From contig OZ024740.1 in the NCBI GenBank assembly GCA_964016885.1, positions 3,472,001 through 3,536,000 of the forward strand: 64,000 nt of DNA, read 5' to 3'. The notes under the pieces are model-generated. The model was not told the origin of the DNA. It saw only the letters and a program-made list of their open reading frames with translations, and made no database searches. The stretch is from Eledone cirrhosa (lineage: Eukaryota). Within the stretch, counting starts at the first letter, position 1. Every line of letters starts with the position of its first letter. The position numbers were made by a program, and so were the translations under genes. Below are positions 1-11,572 of the stretch, one piece after another.

Positions 1-70
1 TCCAGAAAAGGAGGAAATGTCATGCAATCACACAAACACACTTTGTCATGGATATAGCATGGCTGAATTG

Positions 71-352
71 AGAGGCGTAACTAGGGTGTGGGACCCATGG
101 CATGTGCCACATGAAAGGGGGCGCCACTTGGACTAGGAGCACATTCTATTAAAGTTAAATAAGCGTCGTTGGAGAGTGAAAAAAGAAACTCCTTGAGATG
201 TATGATCTGTGTCTATCATGGGTGAGAATACTATGGTGGCTAGATCATTAAACTATTTATATAAATTATTAGGTCGATAGGTAAAAATTGCACTGGACAG
301 GGGCACAATTTCACTGCTTGCTATAGGTGTTATTTTCCCTAGTCATGCCTCT
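71..352. mobile_element. MITE (non-autonomous DNA transposon) with 16-bp terminal inverted repeats
   Basis: AGAGGCGTAACTAGGG (71-86) matches the reverse complement of CCCTAGTCATGCCTCT (337-352) at 14/16; no ORF; TSD not clear. Confidence 0.6.
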
Positions 353-995
353 GGATAGTTAAGGCCTTTACTTTGCAATCATTAGGTCACAGACTCAACC
401 CCACTGCATGTTATGTTGGGCTAGTGTCATCCAACACATGCCTTATCAGTGAAATTGGCTAGAAGGGAAATTGTTTGCAACCTGTCAGATGCACTGCATT
501 TGTAATACAAAAGGCCAGCCTTGTCATAACATACTGTGTCATGCTGAATCTTCCTGAGAAATATGGTAATTTCATGAATAGGTAGTTCTGTTTCAAATGA
601 ACAACTGGAACACTCATCGTTGAAACCAATGGAGGTCTATCCCATTTCCTGTGGCCTCTGATTGGTCAAGAGGTTGCTCTGTGATAAAACTAGGCCTCTG
701 ATAGGTCAGGAGGTGTATGAAAACTAGGAACTTGTTGACCAATAGATTGGCTATTTATATTTTAAGCACAACAGCATTATAGATGATAACTAGTGGACCA
801 ATACTATCAATAATGATAGCAATAACCTTGGTATGCTATATATACCAGGATTAATGGATTTATAAACAATCATATAAATTGAGAAATTTATGTTTTGATA
901 TATTAATGGTTTGCATAAGAGAAACCCTATAGTTTATGTTGATTACTGACAGGTGGAATTGATTGAAAGTAAGAAGGATATTATAATAGTTTCTG

Positions 996-1125
996 ATATG
1001 TATGGAGGATGATTGTTTGGAGGAGAAGTGCCAGGCGTTCCAAGTGGAAGGAAGCTGCAGGTGAGGAAGACCAAGGAAAACCTGGGAAAAGTTGGTGAGG
1101 ACGGATCTCAGAAAGCTGAACCTTC
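996..1125 (+). mobile_element. decayed RTE-type LINE fragment (ORF C-terminus)
   Basis: Translates as MEDDCLEEKCQAFQVEGSCR*GRPRKTWEKLVRTDLRKLNL, homologous to the GRPRKTWDELINSDL C-terminus of the LINE at 6918-9231. Confidence 0.7.
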
Positions 1126-1589
1126 ATTTTTTTGTGTGAGTGTATTTCTATTAGAGGAAGAAAATATACTTTGTTCTCCTTTCTGATCATCTTACTACAC
1201 AAAGGATTTATCCAAAGTACATCTGTAAGTTCCATATTGAATAATAATAATATTCGATTTGTTAGCAAACAGCCTCATTATGCTGTATTATTTAGATGAC
1301 CATCACCAACCTTTTGTTCTAGCAGTGGCAGAGAGAAACAATCAACAATAATATTGCCTCTGGGTTATTGCCCTTTGTCAAGTGGTGGTGGTGATAGTGG
1401 TGGTGGTGGTGGTGATAGTGGTGGTGGTGGTTGGGGCAGTGAAGATGATAATGATAACTGCAATACATTCGAGTCTCCCCTCTTTTAAAGGCAAAGTATT
1501 TGTTTTGCTTTTTCTAATGGCTGAAATCAATGTGGTTCACTCCATCTACATAAACATCCATGCCACTGATGTTGTCCAAACACAATGTC

Positions 1590-1745
1590 TGATACAGCTT
1601 GACACCTGTGACATCACAACTCATTTCTACAGCTCAGTAAACTGGAGCAACGTAAAATAAAGTATCTTGCTCAAGGACATAATGCATCGCTTGATGTGAG
1701 AATCAACTCACCCCCTCCCAATTGCAAGCCCAATGCTCTAAGTCA
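1590..1745 (-). mobile_element. degenerate tRNA-derived SINE (family 2)
   Basis: Core TCATTTCTACAGCTCAGTAAACTGGAGCAAC..AAATAAAGTATCTTGCTCAAGGA is shared with 2590-2648 and the fuller copy at 25218-25497. Confidence 0.55.
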
Positions 1746-1810
1746 TGTTCCTTTACAGGACATAGGTCTACTGAATCAGGATTAACTTATTTCATGTATA
1801 CCTATTACTT

Positions 1811-2052
1811 TGAACCCTTTCATCACCATATTTCTAATAAATGTTATTCCCTATTATTTTCAATTAATTTTGAGATTTTGAGGGATTTAATAGAATAACT
1901 TTTATTTTATTTAGATAAAATTTGAAACAACTTATCAAAGAAGTTCTTATATGAAATCAAACCGGAAGGTTTTAGATAGATATAATCCATTTTATAGTTT
2001 TTTATCATAGAACTAGGGTGGTTTCAGATAGTTTGGTATCAAAAGTGTGAAA
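1811..2052. mobile_element. possible old piggyBac-type MITE
   Basis: Ends TGAACCCTTTCATCACCA and TGGTATCAAAAGTGTGAA resemble decayed TTAA-CCCTTT..AAAGGG-TTAA termini; several mismatches. Confidence 0.35.
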
Positions 2053-2064
2053 TAAAAATTGATT

Positions 2065-2386
2065 TATGAGGGTGGGCTTAAACTCTCATAGGCTGACTAT
2101 GAAGGAGTGATGTTAGAGCTGTGAAATCTTTTATGCATTAATTCCTACTCTTCTTATTAATAATTGCATTGTTTCTTTCCAGGGACTATGTTGAAAAATA
2201 AACCTCATTTGATTATTCCATGAGAGTATCTTAGTCAGTCTATAATGGAGTGATGTTAGAACATTTAAATCTTGCATACATTAATTTCAACTCTTGTTAT
2301 TAATAAGTATGTTGAAATATAAAATTCATTTGGTCATTTCAGGAGAGTATCCTAGTCAGCTTATGAACATTTCAGCCAACTTTCAT
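2065..2386. mobile_element. Tc1/mariner-type MITE with an internal tandem duplication
   Basis: Homologous to 5098-5275 (TATGAGGGT.GGCT... start, ATGAAC.TTTCAGCCAAC end); the internal block GGAGTGATGTTAGA...GAGAGTATC.TAGTCAG occurs twice (about 2104-2240 and 2248-2360). Confidence 0.65.
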
Positions 2387-2561
2387 ATCATCATCATTCA
2401 TCATTTCATTTTACGTCCGCTTTTCCCTGCTTGCAAGGGTGGAACAGGAACTGATTCTGGCTTGATTTCTACAGCTGGATGCCCTTCCTAACACCAACCT
2501 CATTTACAGTTGAGTGCTGGGTGCTTTTTTGCCGTGGCACCTCCACGACCACTTTACAGTG
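2387..2561 (-). mobile_element. 3' stub of RTE-type LINE with (GAT)n tail
   Basis: Shares GGCTTGATTTCTACAGCTGGATGCCCTTCCTAACACCAACCTCATTTACAGT with the 3' UTR of the LINE at 21632-24123. Confidence 0.8.
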
Positions 2562-2681
2562 GAATGATAGGGACCGCAGTCCCTATCATCTCATTTCTAC
2601 AGCTGAGTAAACTGGAGCAATGTGAAATAAAGTGTCTTGCTCAAGGAAACAACACATATATATATATATAAAGTTTCTTAC

Positions 2682-2910
2682 CATGTGCAATAACCCCTTC
2701 TTCAAGTAGAACCTGCCACATACCAACTGCTTGAACACGAGTTAACACTAAAGCACTGTACTGCATCAACCAGTCTACCATCTCACTACCAACCATACAC
2801 TGGCGGTATGTTCGTAAGTGGTACTTCCGATCCCGAATAATATGGGGTGCCTGGATCATTATCACAGTTCGAAGAATTTCCTTGGCATGAAACATACTTT
2901 CAGAGGGTTC
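2682..2910 (-). CDS. RAPGEF4: internal exon of an Epac2/RAPGEF4-like cAMP-regulated Rap guanine nucleotide exchange factor (DEP domain)
   Basis: Peptide [76 protein letters not shown] matches the Epac DEP signature ([23 protein letters not shown]...[15 protein letters not shown]). Minus-strand acceptor ctatttgcAG|GAA at 2911/2910 and donor CATG|GTaag at 2682/2681; 229 nt, phase 0 to phase 1. Confidence 0.93.
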
Positions 2911-2988
2911 CTGCAAATAGAGTTGACATGTTGGTTCAAATGGTGGAAGAAGAACAAGAACAACAATAACAACCACAATAGCAACAAC

Positions 2989-3715
2989 AATAATAATTGT
3001 TTCTACTTTGGGCACAAGGCCAGAAATTATCCAGTGTATTACTGGAACTTTATTTTATCGACCCCGTAAGGGTGAAAGGCAAAGTTAACCTTGGCGAGAT
3101 TTGAACTCGGATCATAAAAGGAGGTAACTATGCTGGAATACCTCTACCAATACTACCAATTCACCAGCAATAATAATGGGTTCTAATTAATGCAACAGAC
3201 GAGTAATTTCAAGGGGAGGGGAAGTTGATTATATTAACTCCAGTACTTGACCACATTGTCTCCCCAGAAGGATGAAAGAAAAAGTTGATCTTGGCAGGAT
3301 TTGAACTCAGAATGTAAAGAACCAGACAAATACTGCAAAGCTAGAGTCTGATGTTACCAATTCACCAACAACACAATAATTGTTTCTACTTTTAGCACAA
3401 GGCCAGCAATTACCCAGTGTATTACTGGTACTTTATTTTATCGACCCCGTAAGGATGAAAGGCAAAGTTAACCTCGGCGGGATTTGAACTCAAAACACAA
3501 TAATAATGGTTTCTTATATAGACACAAGACCAACAATTTTGGGGAAGGGGAAAGTTGATTAAATCAACCCCAGTGCATTACTGGTACTTTATTTTATCGA
3601 CCCCATAAAGATGAATGGTAAAGCTAACCTCGGCAGGATTTAAACTCAGAATACAAAGGGCCGTTACTCTATGCCACGATGCAGGGTGTCCGACGCTCTA
3701 CAGATATTGCCAATC
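2989..3715 (-). mobile_element. cluster of four head-to-tail tRNA-derived SINEs (family 1)
   Basis: Four repeats (about 2989-3169, 3170-3370, 3375-3497, 3499-3715), each with a B-box-like GAGTTCAAATC, a central CCGAGGTTAACTTTGCCTTTCATCCTTACGGGGTCGATAAAATAAAGTACCAG block and an (ATT)n tail on the minus strand. Confidence 0.8.
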
Positions 3716-5097
3716 TAATAATAGAACTGACTGGTACTGTCCATGACCTGAGAACAGCATTATCAATTTAAAAAACTTGCAAAGATCTTTACTGTTGTTT
3801 GTGCCCTTGTGACATCATTTGTATGACAATTGATTGTAAAATGTGTGTATTATCACATTTTTCCTCAGATGTCAGGTTGACACTCAGCATGATTTGGAAA
3901 AGAAGTATTTTTCAAAGGAAGTTTTAAATGATAATAATAATCATAGTTTAAAGTCTTCTATACATGGTGCCATAAACAATCTGCTATAAACAATCCTATT
4001 ATCATCATCATCCTTATTATTATTGTTATTATTTAGCCTCTGATTTCCCTGCTAACAAGATTTGGATGTGTCACCACTGACCAGTCAATATTCAAGCAGA
4101 GCCACTTGCCCTCCAGCTGGGCCAGGCGTCCAACGTACGATTCCACATTCTACTGAGTACATTTTATCATTGCACTAACACTAAGGAAGTTATATCCTTG
4201 ACTCAATTGAAGAGAGTTTTTGTTTGGCTGGATGCCCTTCCTATCACCAATCACTTTACTGAGTGTACTGGGTATGTTTATCACACTCTGCTACTTCATG
4301 TATAAAGTGGTAACAAAACTAATGCTTTAATGATATTCCAATCACAGAAGAATTCTTCAACAAACTATAACACCTAAAGACATCAAAGATTTTCCTTCTA
4401 TTTTGGTTCATGTCTTATTTTTTTCTTTTAATTTTTCTTTTAGTCAAAATAAGAAACTGCCAGAAGGTCAGACATGAGTTGTGCCATTTTTATTTCAAAT
4501 ATTGCAATGGCACAATACAATCAATATTTTAACAGAAGTTGATGCCAGCAATAGTTTTTTTCTTTCCTTTTTACCAAAACAGAGATTGTTTATCTGAAGG
4601 GTGGAAAAGATCTGTGCGAAGAACAGCACTATTATCACTAACTTCACCAATTCATCAATCATTATTTACTAAAGTGAAAAGAGAGAGACCCTCTAGGAAT
4701 ATGGAACAAGTGAAATGATTAGCAATACATGCTTACACTTTGTTACTTATAAATAGTAAAATTCCAGCTTCTTCTTCAGTTTCTTTGAGGTAAATGGCAG
4801 ACAAGATCCATTCCAGTAATGGATCTTGCTATCTGCATCAAAAAATCTTTTCAAATAATATGTTTAGAATTTTTTTAAATAGAAAATTTTCTAGTTATAA
4901 GTTGGCTTTCATTGGTTGAAATGGTTTGGCAATTGAAGCTTTTTTACTCACAATGGCATCATACTTCCTCTTTAACTTACACAACATTTTTGTAATCACC
5001 AGTTTTTACTGAAGAATTTGATTTTTAATGGAGTTGAGTGGAAAGAAGGGGGAGGAATAACATTATTGCCAGAATTGTGAAATGAAGGGAATCCAGA

Positions 5098-5275
5098 TAT
5101 GAGGGTCGGCTGAAAAGATCATAGGAGCTGAAAAATCTTGCATGCATTAATTTTAATGCTTCTTCTAAATAACTGCATTGATTCTTTCCAGAGACTATGT
5201 TGAAAAATAAACCTCATTTGGTCATTCCATGAGAGTATCTTGGTCACCCTATGAACTTTTCAGCCAACCCTGTTA
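5098..5275. mobile_element. Tc1/mariner-type MITE
   Basis: TIRs GAGGGTCGGCTGAAAAGATCATAGG and CCTATGAACTTTTCAGCCAACCCTG (about 22/25), flanked by TA; second copy at 2065-2386. Confidence 0.75.
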
Positions 5276-5463
5276 TATTACCGGTTACTGATCGTCAAGA
5301 AAAGCACAAAATAGACCAAAACAAAATAGCAATAAAATAAAAAAGGTTTATGGGGTTATTTTAGAGGTAAAGGAAATACTTGGGGTATAGGGACCTAATA
5401 AAGCAGCAATATTTAATGGTCAGAGTCAACTTTCGCATTGTGTGTACACATATACACACACAT

Positions 5464-5532
<69 letters not shown>

Positions 5533-5542
5533 CACATACACA

Positions 5543-5835
5543 CGACCCCCCACGGGTACAAGCCGAAGCTGAAGCATATAGACAATATGCCCCCACACCC
5601 TCCCACTGCAAAATGGTCGTGGAGGTGCCACACCAAAAAAGCACCCAGCACTCACTGTAAATGAGGTTGGTGTTAGGAAGGGCATCCAGCTGTAGAAATC
5701 AAGCCAAAATCAGTTCCTGTATGAGCAAGGCATGGTCAGCTGACTGGACACTGCCCACAACAGGACAACCCGTCTAACCCATGCTAGCATGGAAGAACGG
5801 ACGTAAAACGGTGATGATGATGATGATGATGATGA
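5543..5835 (+). mobile_element. 3' stub of RTE-type LINE with (GAT)n tail
   Basis: Close match to the reverse complement of the 3' UTR at about 21632-21950; ends GGACGTAAAACGGTGATGATGATG; sits in a (TA)/(CA) microsatellite. Confidence 0.88.
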
Positions 5836-6582
5836 CACACACATACACGGATATGTATTTTATATATATGCATGTATATAAGTATATATATATATATATA
5901 TACATATATATTTTATGGCTGCCCCCTCGTTATCGAGTATGGCCATTGCCCGATATACCATTAATAATAATTATTAATTAATTCTATCGTGCAATGCCTG
6001 TGCGTGAAGATATTTTTAAAGTGAGGAAAGACTGTGCACTGAGCCAATCCCACTCTCTGAGCTACAGTAGCTATAACCCGAAAAGAAGAAAAGATCAACA
6101 TCATCGGTAACTACTGGGCCGCAGGTTTTATATCGGAGGTATCCCAGTTTCCTGAGTTGCCTTCTCCTAGAAGAATACCCTGACAAGGGCTAGGGGTCCT
6201 TCTCTCTCAGTGGTTTAACCACACAATCGGGTGTCCAGCCCGACTATTTCTATGTCCCCGTGCATATACGTACACATGCACCCATGTATAAACACATATA
6301 CATACATAATGTACATGTGTATATACATATTTACACACTTTTGGATGGCCGTTGACTCTTATGAGTTCTTCCGCCCTTTATATATATACAGACACACATA
6401 TACACCATATATATATATATTAATATCTTCAAAGAATTTTGACATATTAATAAAGTTATATTGAAAATATAACTAGAAAATAGAGAAACTATAAAAATAA
6501 TGGTTTGTAATTCTGTAATAAGATATGGCTATGAGATCAATATAACTAACTGATGTATCAATACATATTGATATACTTAATC

Positions 6583-6764
6583 AATAATTGTTTCTACTTT
6601 GGACACAAGGCCAACAATTACCCAGTGTATTACTGGTACTTTATTTTATCGACCCCGTAAGGATGAAAGACAAAGGTAACCTCGGCGGGATTTGATCTCA
6701 GAATGGCAAGGGCCATAACTCTTTGTGTCAAAGCATGGCGTCCAACCCTCTACCGATACCCCAA
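6583..6764 (-). mobile_element. tRNA-derived SINE (family 1)
   Basis: Close match to the copies at 3375-3497 and 3499-3715. Confidence 0.8.
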
Positions 6765-6880
6765 GAGATAAAATATATTGGAAAATTAAGAAATATATTG
6801 GTTGTGTTGCATGTGTTTGTGTGTGTATAAAAATATGTGTGTATGTATATATAAAAATATATGTATGTATGTATGTGTAT

Positions 6881-6917
<37 letters not shown>

Positions 6918-6921
<4 letters not shown>

Positions 6922-9231
6922 GAAAGTATGGCGGGATGGGGGAAGTAGAGAAGACTATCAAGTGGCCAGGAGGGAAGCTAGGAGACAAGTATACTTCGCA
7001 AGAAGGGAAGCAGAGGAAAGAAAGTTCAAGCATGTTCTACAACGTGAGGACCAAAAACGTGAGGTGTTCAGGATTGCTAGGCAATGTTTCAAGGAAAACC
7101 GTGATATTGTCGGGGAGAAGTGTGTACTTAATGATGACGGCGTACTTGCCATCACCGACGCTGATAAGAAGGTAGCTTGGAAGTGTCACAATGAAAGGCT
7201 ACTAAATGAGGAGAATAAATGGGAGAAAGACAGTCTCCCCCACATCGACCCAAGAGAGGGACCAGCAGTGTTAGTCGAGGGTAGTATAATAAGTAAGGCA
7301 ATCAAGGATATGAAGACGGGTAAGGCAGCTGGGCCTTCGGAAATAGTTGCTGAGATGCTGAAGGCATCTGGCACGGTGGGACACACCATGGTCACCCGGA
7401 TAGTTAACCAAGTCGTACAGAATGGGGTTGTTCCGAAGGACTGGCGTAGCAGCATCATCGTTAACTGTTATAAGGGTAAAGGAGATGCCCTAGATAGGAG
7501 TAACTATAGAGGCATTAAATTAATCGACCAGGTCATGAAGGTCACGGAAAAAGTAATAGCGCAACTAATCAGAGAGAGAATTGACCTAGATGAAATGCAG
7601 TTCGGGTTTGTGTCAGGCAAAAGTACCACAGACGCTCTTTTCATTGTACGACAACTACAGGAGAAGTACCTAGCTAAAAGTAAACCCCTTTACTTAGCTT
7701 TTGTCGACTTGGAGAAAGCCTTCGACAGAGCCCCCCGTCCCATTATCTGGTGGGCTCTTAGAAAACTAGGTGTCGACGAATGGCTTGTGAGAGCTATACA
7801 AGCCATGTATAAAGAAACAGTCAGCAAGGTTAGAATTAACAACGAATATAGTGAAGAGTTGGCGTCCATCAGGGCTCTGTTCTCAGCCCCCTACTATTTA
7901 TTATTGCCCTTCAGGCTATAACAGAGGAGTTCAAGACCGGCTGCCCATGGGAACTCCTATACGCAGACGACCTAACACTCATAGCTGAATCAATGGCCGA
8001 GCTAGTGAAGAAATTCCAAACATGGAAGCACGGCCTAGAATCAAAAGGCCTTAAAATTAACCTGGCTAAGACCAAAGTTCTAGTTTGTAGGAAAGAAAAT
8101 AAGGCGGTGGTCCCTTCCGGGAAGTGGCCATGCTCAGTGTGTAGGAAAGGCGTAGGTAGAAACTCCATTTTGTGTCAGAAATGCAAAGTATGGGTGCATA
8201 AAAGATGTAGTGGGATCACAGGTAAGCTAACTAAGAACATATATTTCACATGTGGCCGGTGCTCTGGTGCAATAAGTAGCAGCAAGTGCCCACAAAAATA
8301 CTAGCTCTTTCAACTGCGCAGAGGGCTCTATAGAAATAGTGGACAGTTTCCGTTATCTGGGTGACAAAATCAGCAGTGGGGGAGGGTGCTCTGAAAGTAC
8401 AGTAGCTAGAGTCAGAACTGGATGGAAAAAGTTCAGAGAGCTTATACCACTATTAGCCGCTAAAGGGTTCTCCCTAAAAATGAAAGGCAGGTTGTATGAT
8501 GCCTGCATACGAACAGCAATGTTGCATGGCAGTGAGACCTGGGCATTGTGTGCAGAGGATATATGCAGACTAGAGAGGAACGAAGCTTGCATGCTCCGCT
8601 GGATGTGTAATAGTAATATACGTGAACGGCAAAGCATAAACGAACTAATGAAAGTCGATAGCTGTATAACAAAGTGCAGGGCAATAAAGATAGACGGTAG
8701 CCACGGAATAGGCAGACCTAGAAAAACCTGGGACGAGCTGATAAACTCCGACCTCACACACTTACACCTCTCCAAGACAATGTCACTGGACCGAGACCTT
8801 TGGCGGTACTCAGTAACAGAGAAGACCCGCCTTACCTAAATACATAGTAAAACCTACTAGAGTCAGTAGGCATCTCTAACAAAATACACCCCCGTCCCAC
8901 CACCCCCACCCCATCCACACCGCCCCCTTCTATGTAAAGTTATGTTGGTGCCACACCATCCAGGCCGAAACAAATGAGATCGTGTAGGTGTCACGACAAA
9001 AAAAACACACAGTCCACGCTGTAATGTGGCCATGTAGGCAACACGGTAAAAACCTCCCAGACCCACACTGTAAATGTGGTTGGTGTTAGGAAGGGCATCC
9101 AACTGTAGAAAACCTGCCAGACAGTCCTATGCGAGCAAGACAATCACTCTTGCCTCAAGTGGGACTACCCCCGTCCAAACCCATGCAAGCGTGGAACACG
9201 GACGTTAAACGTTGATGATGATGATGATGAT
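6918..9231 (+). mobile_element. 5'-truncated, frameshifted RTE-type non-LTR retrotransposon (RT with embedded PHD finger)
   Basis: RT motifs KGKGDALDRSNYRGIKL, QFGFVSGKSTTDA, AFVDLEKAFD, GVHQGSVLSPLLF, LYADD, FRYLG and C-terminal GRPRKTW...DRDLWR; frameshifts near 7860 and 8290; stop at 8839; 3' UTR ends in (GAT)n; begins directly after (TA)n. Confidence 0.93.
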
Positions 9232-9233
9232 AT

Positions 9234-9405
9234 ATCATCATCATCACCGTTTTACGTCTGTTCTTCCATGTTAGCATGGGTTAGACGGGTTGTCCTGTTG
9301 TGGGCAGTGTCTGGTCGGCTGACCATGCCTTGCTCATACAGGAACTGATTTTGGCTTGATTTCTACAGCTGGATGCCCTTCCTAACAGCAACCTCATTTA
9401 CAGTG
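9234..9405 (-). mobile_element. 3' stub of RTE-type LINE, tail-to-tail with the preceding LINE
   Basis: Starts with (ATC)n then ACCGTTTTACGTC; near-identical to 21632-21800; followed by (TA)n. Confidence 0.88.
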
Positions 9406-9415
9406 TATATATATC

Positions 9416-9485
<70 letters not shown>

Positions 9486-9757
9486 GTAGGAGGTGAGTTT
9501 TATTGTAGCACAATAAAGCAATGCAGTTGTAAAGGCTATCTCTCTCTCTCTATCACCCATCTCTCCTCCTCTCTCATCCTTCCTTCTTATACTCCTCCCC
9601 CACCATTCTTTACTCTCATCTCTTCCTCTTCCTTACCCTTTCCAAGCCACCCTCACTTTTATCCCAATATCACACATCAATCTTAAATTATTTTTCATAT
9701 GTTGATTTAAAACTTCACTATTCACAAGTGATTTTTAAGCTTCATATCATATATCCC

Positions 9758-9828
9758 TATTTTATCTGATGAAAACGCAGATATCATCCCAGGATGATAT
9801 TTGTTTTTGAAATGTGCATAATAAAATA
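9758..9828 (+). ncRNA. minimal type I hammerhead ribozyme motif (Penelope-type)
   Basis: Stem I TATTTTAT/ATAAAATA (8 bp perfect), core CTGATGA (9766-9772), long stem II (CAGATATCATCC/GGATGATATTTG), GAAA (9809-9812), near-palindromic stem III TGTGCA, cleavage triplet ATA (cut after 9820). Confidence 0.8.
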
Positions 9829-9858
9829 CTTGGAACTCTTTTAACCATCTTTAGATCT

Positions 9859-10033
<175 letters not shown>

Positions 10034-10082
10034 ATGAAATATATGAAATATAAGAATCAAAGAACTGTTCAAAACATTATTG

Positions 10083-10129
10083 TGCTTACAGCTGTTTCCT
10101 CCAAACCGAGGTTTGGATTCTTCGGAGCA
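10083..10129 (-). ncRNA. variant minimal hammerhead motif at the 3' end of the Penelope-like element
   Basis: Minus strand reads TGCT CCGAAGA A-TCCAAACC-TC-GGTTTGGA-G GAAA CAGCTG TA AGCA: stem I 4 bp, stem II 8 bp, palindromic stem III; core has U4C and an A.G mismatch at the base of stem II. Confidence 0.7.
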
Positions 10130-11572
10130 ATTTATTAATGCATGGACAGTTATATGACCTCCTTTTCAGCCGAGAGACATACCAATACATATTCAAACAT
10201 TGATACATATTCAAACATTGTGGGTCAACATTCATTACAGAATTTAGAGTGGCAGTACACACTTCGAGATTACATTTATATTAATAGGTACAATCAAAAA
10301 TCAAAGATATAGGTTAAAGTACAACATGAAGATAAGTGGTTATATAGTGCAAATGTTATATGTGTGGCACGCATGTGCGTCTTGTTTATATAGTGTGGCA
10401 GAGAGATATGTGTGGTAGAGGCACTTAGGTAGGTAAATAAGAGTGTTAGGTTGGTAGATCTGGTGGCAAAGTCTTTATATGATTGATATAGTCTGTGTGT
10501 GGAGAAATATTATAAGCATTAAAGATAGTGCAAGCATTAAAAGTGTTATAAGTATTGGAGATGCACAGCGCAGGGATGTCAAGTAATTCATGTACTTCGG
10601 CATTTTCATGGTCAAGGGAGTGTATATTTCGATTATATGCCTTTCACATAATCCACGACAATCCAGTTAGAGATCGTAGTCTGGTGTTCTTTAGTTCGAT
10701 ACAGGAGGTTGTTACGTTTCGAGAAACGCCATTGAATACCGGAAGTGTGTGTGTGGCTAAGGGGAGTTAATGCATGCGGGGAGGTAACTCTGGGGTTTCT
10801 ATATCTAGCCATTAAAATGTGTCCCAATATAGACCCTAAATTCTATGGTGAGGTGCACCTTCCAAGAGAGACTTTTAAAGCATAAAGTGTACTAACTATA
10901 GAGTAGTTTAACTAAATTATGCTGAAGGTGATCATATTATTATTAAGGTGGATTAACCCATCTTAAGGTGCTACAAATGGAAATTATAGATGATGAGCGA
11001 GGATTCTAAATTAATGATCTCTGTGGTTGTAGTCTGCTCATATGACCAGGCGCGGTGATTGCAGGATTGCTTCAGGACCCAATGATCTCTGGTAAGATCT
11101 GGGTCATCGCTTGCTACATTGGATGTCGAAAGATAATCGTCCCCAGGCAGGCCAAAGGTCAATCCGCAGTCCTCGCGATCCCTCTCTGACCGTCAGATCA
11201 TCCATATACGTACAACCCGCACGGCAGTTGCATTGCATTCACTCACTGCGCTCAGCAGCCCGGTCCTACTGGTCAACAGCGCTACTCGATTAAATCATTT
11301 TACATCTGTCTAAGGAAGGTGTTTCCTCTGCCCAACACCATCCAACCGATCAATTCATGCTCAAATTACCCTTAGAGCGGTGTAGTGCCGTCCAAGTGGG
11401 TGGATGTTGTCACACCTGCCGTAGAGGTATAAATGGGTATTTTCCCTGCGAAGGGTTCCAGAGGGATGTCGTTGTTTGTGTTATAATGGATCAGCTAGTG
11501 TTGGGTATGTAGTATAGGGTGTGTCTCTGGTGTTTGATGCTAGATGTGGTGTTAGGTTCCAGTCCGACATTG

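Noticed and set aside
2641-3015. 124-aa ORF with a hydrophobic N-terminus as a stand-alone membrane protein
   Set aside because: The N-terminal part is an (AAC/AAT)n microsatellite and SINE tail; only 2682-2910, bounded by AG/GT, matches Epac.
5917-6260. GC-richer block between TA tracts, possibly another retroelement fragment
   Set aside because: No second copy in the window and no ORF or ribozyme core found; cannot be classified without a database search.
11065-11112. Possible SECIS hairpin in the Penelope-like 3' region (minus strand ATGA-CCCAGATCT..AGATCATTGGGT-CCTGAA)
   Set aside because: It lacks the apical AA and correct quartet geometry, and the visible ORF has no in-frame TGA; the TGA at 13037-13039 lies beyond the truncation junction.
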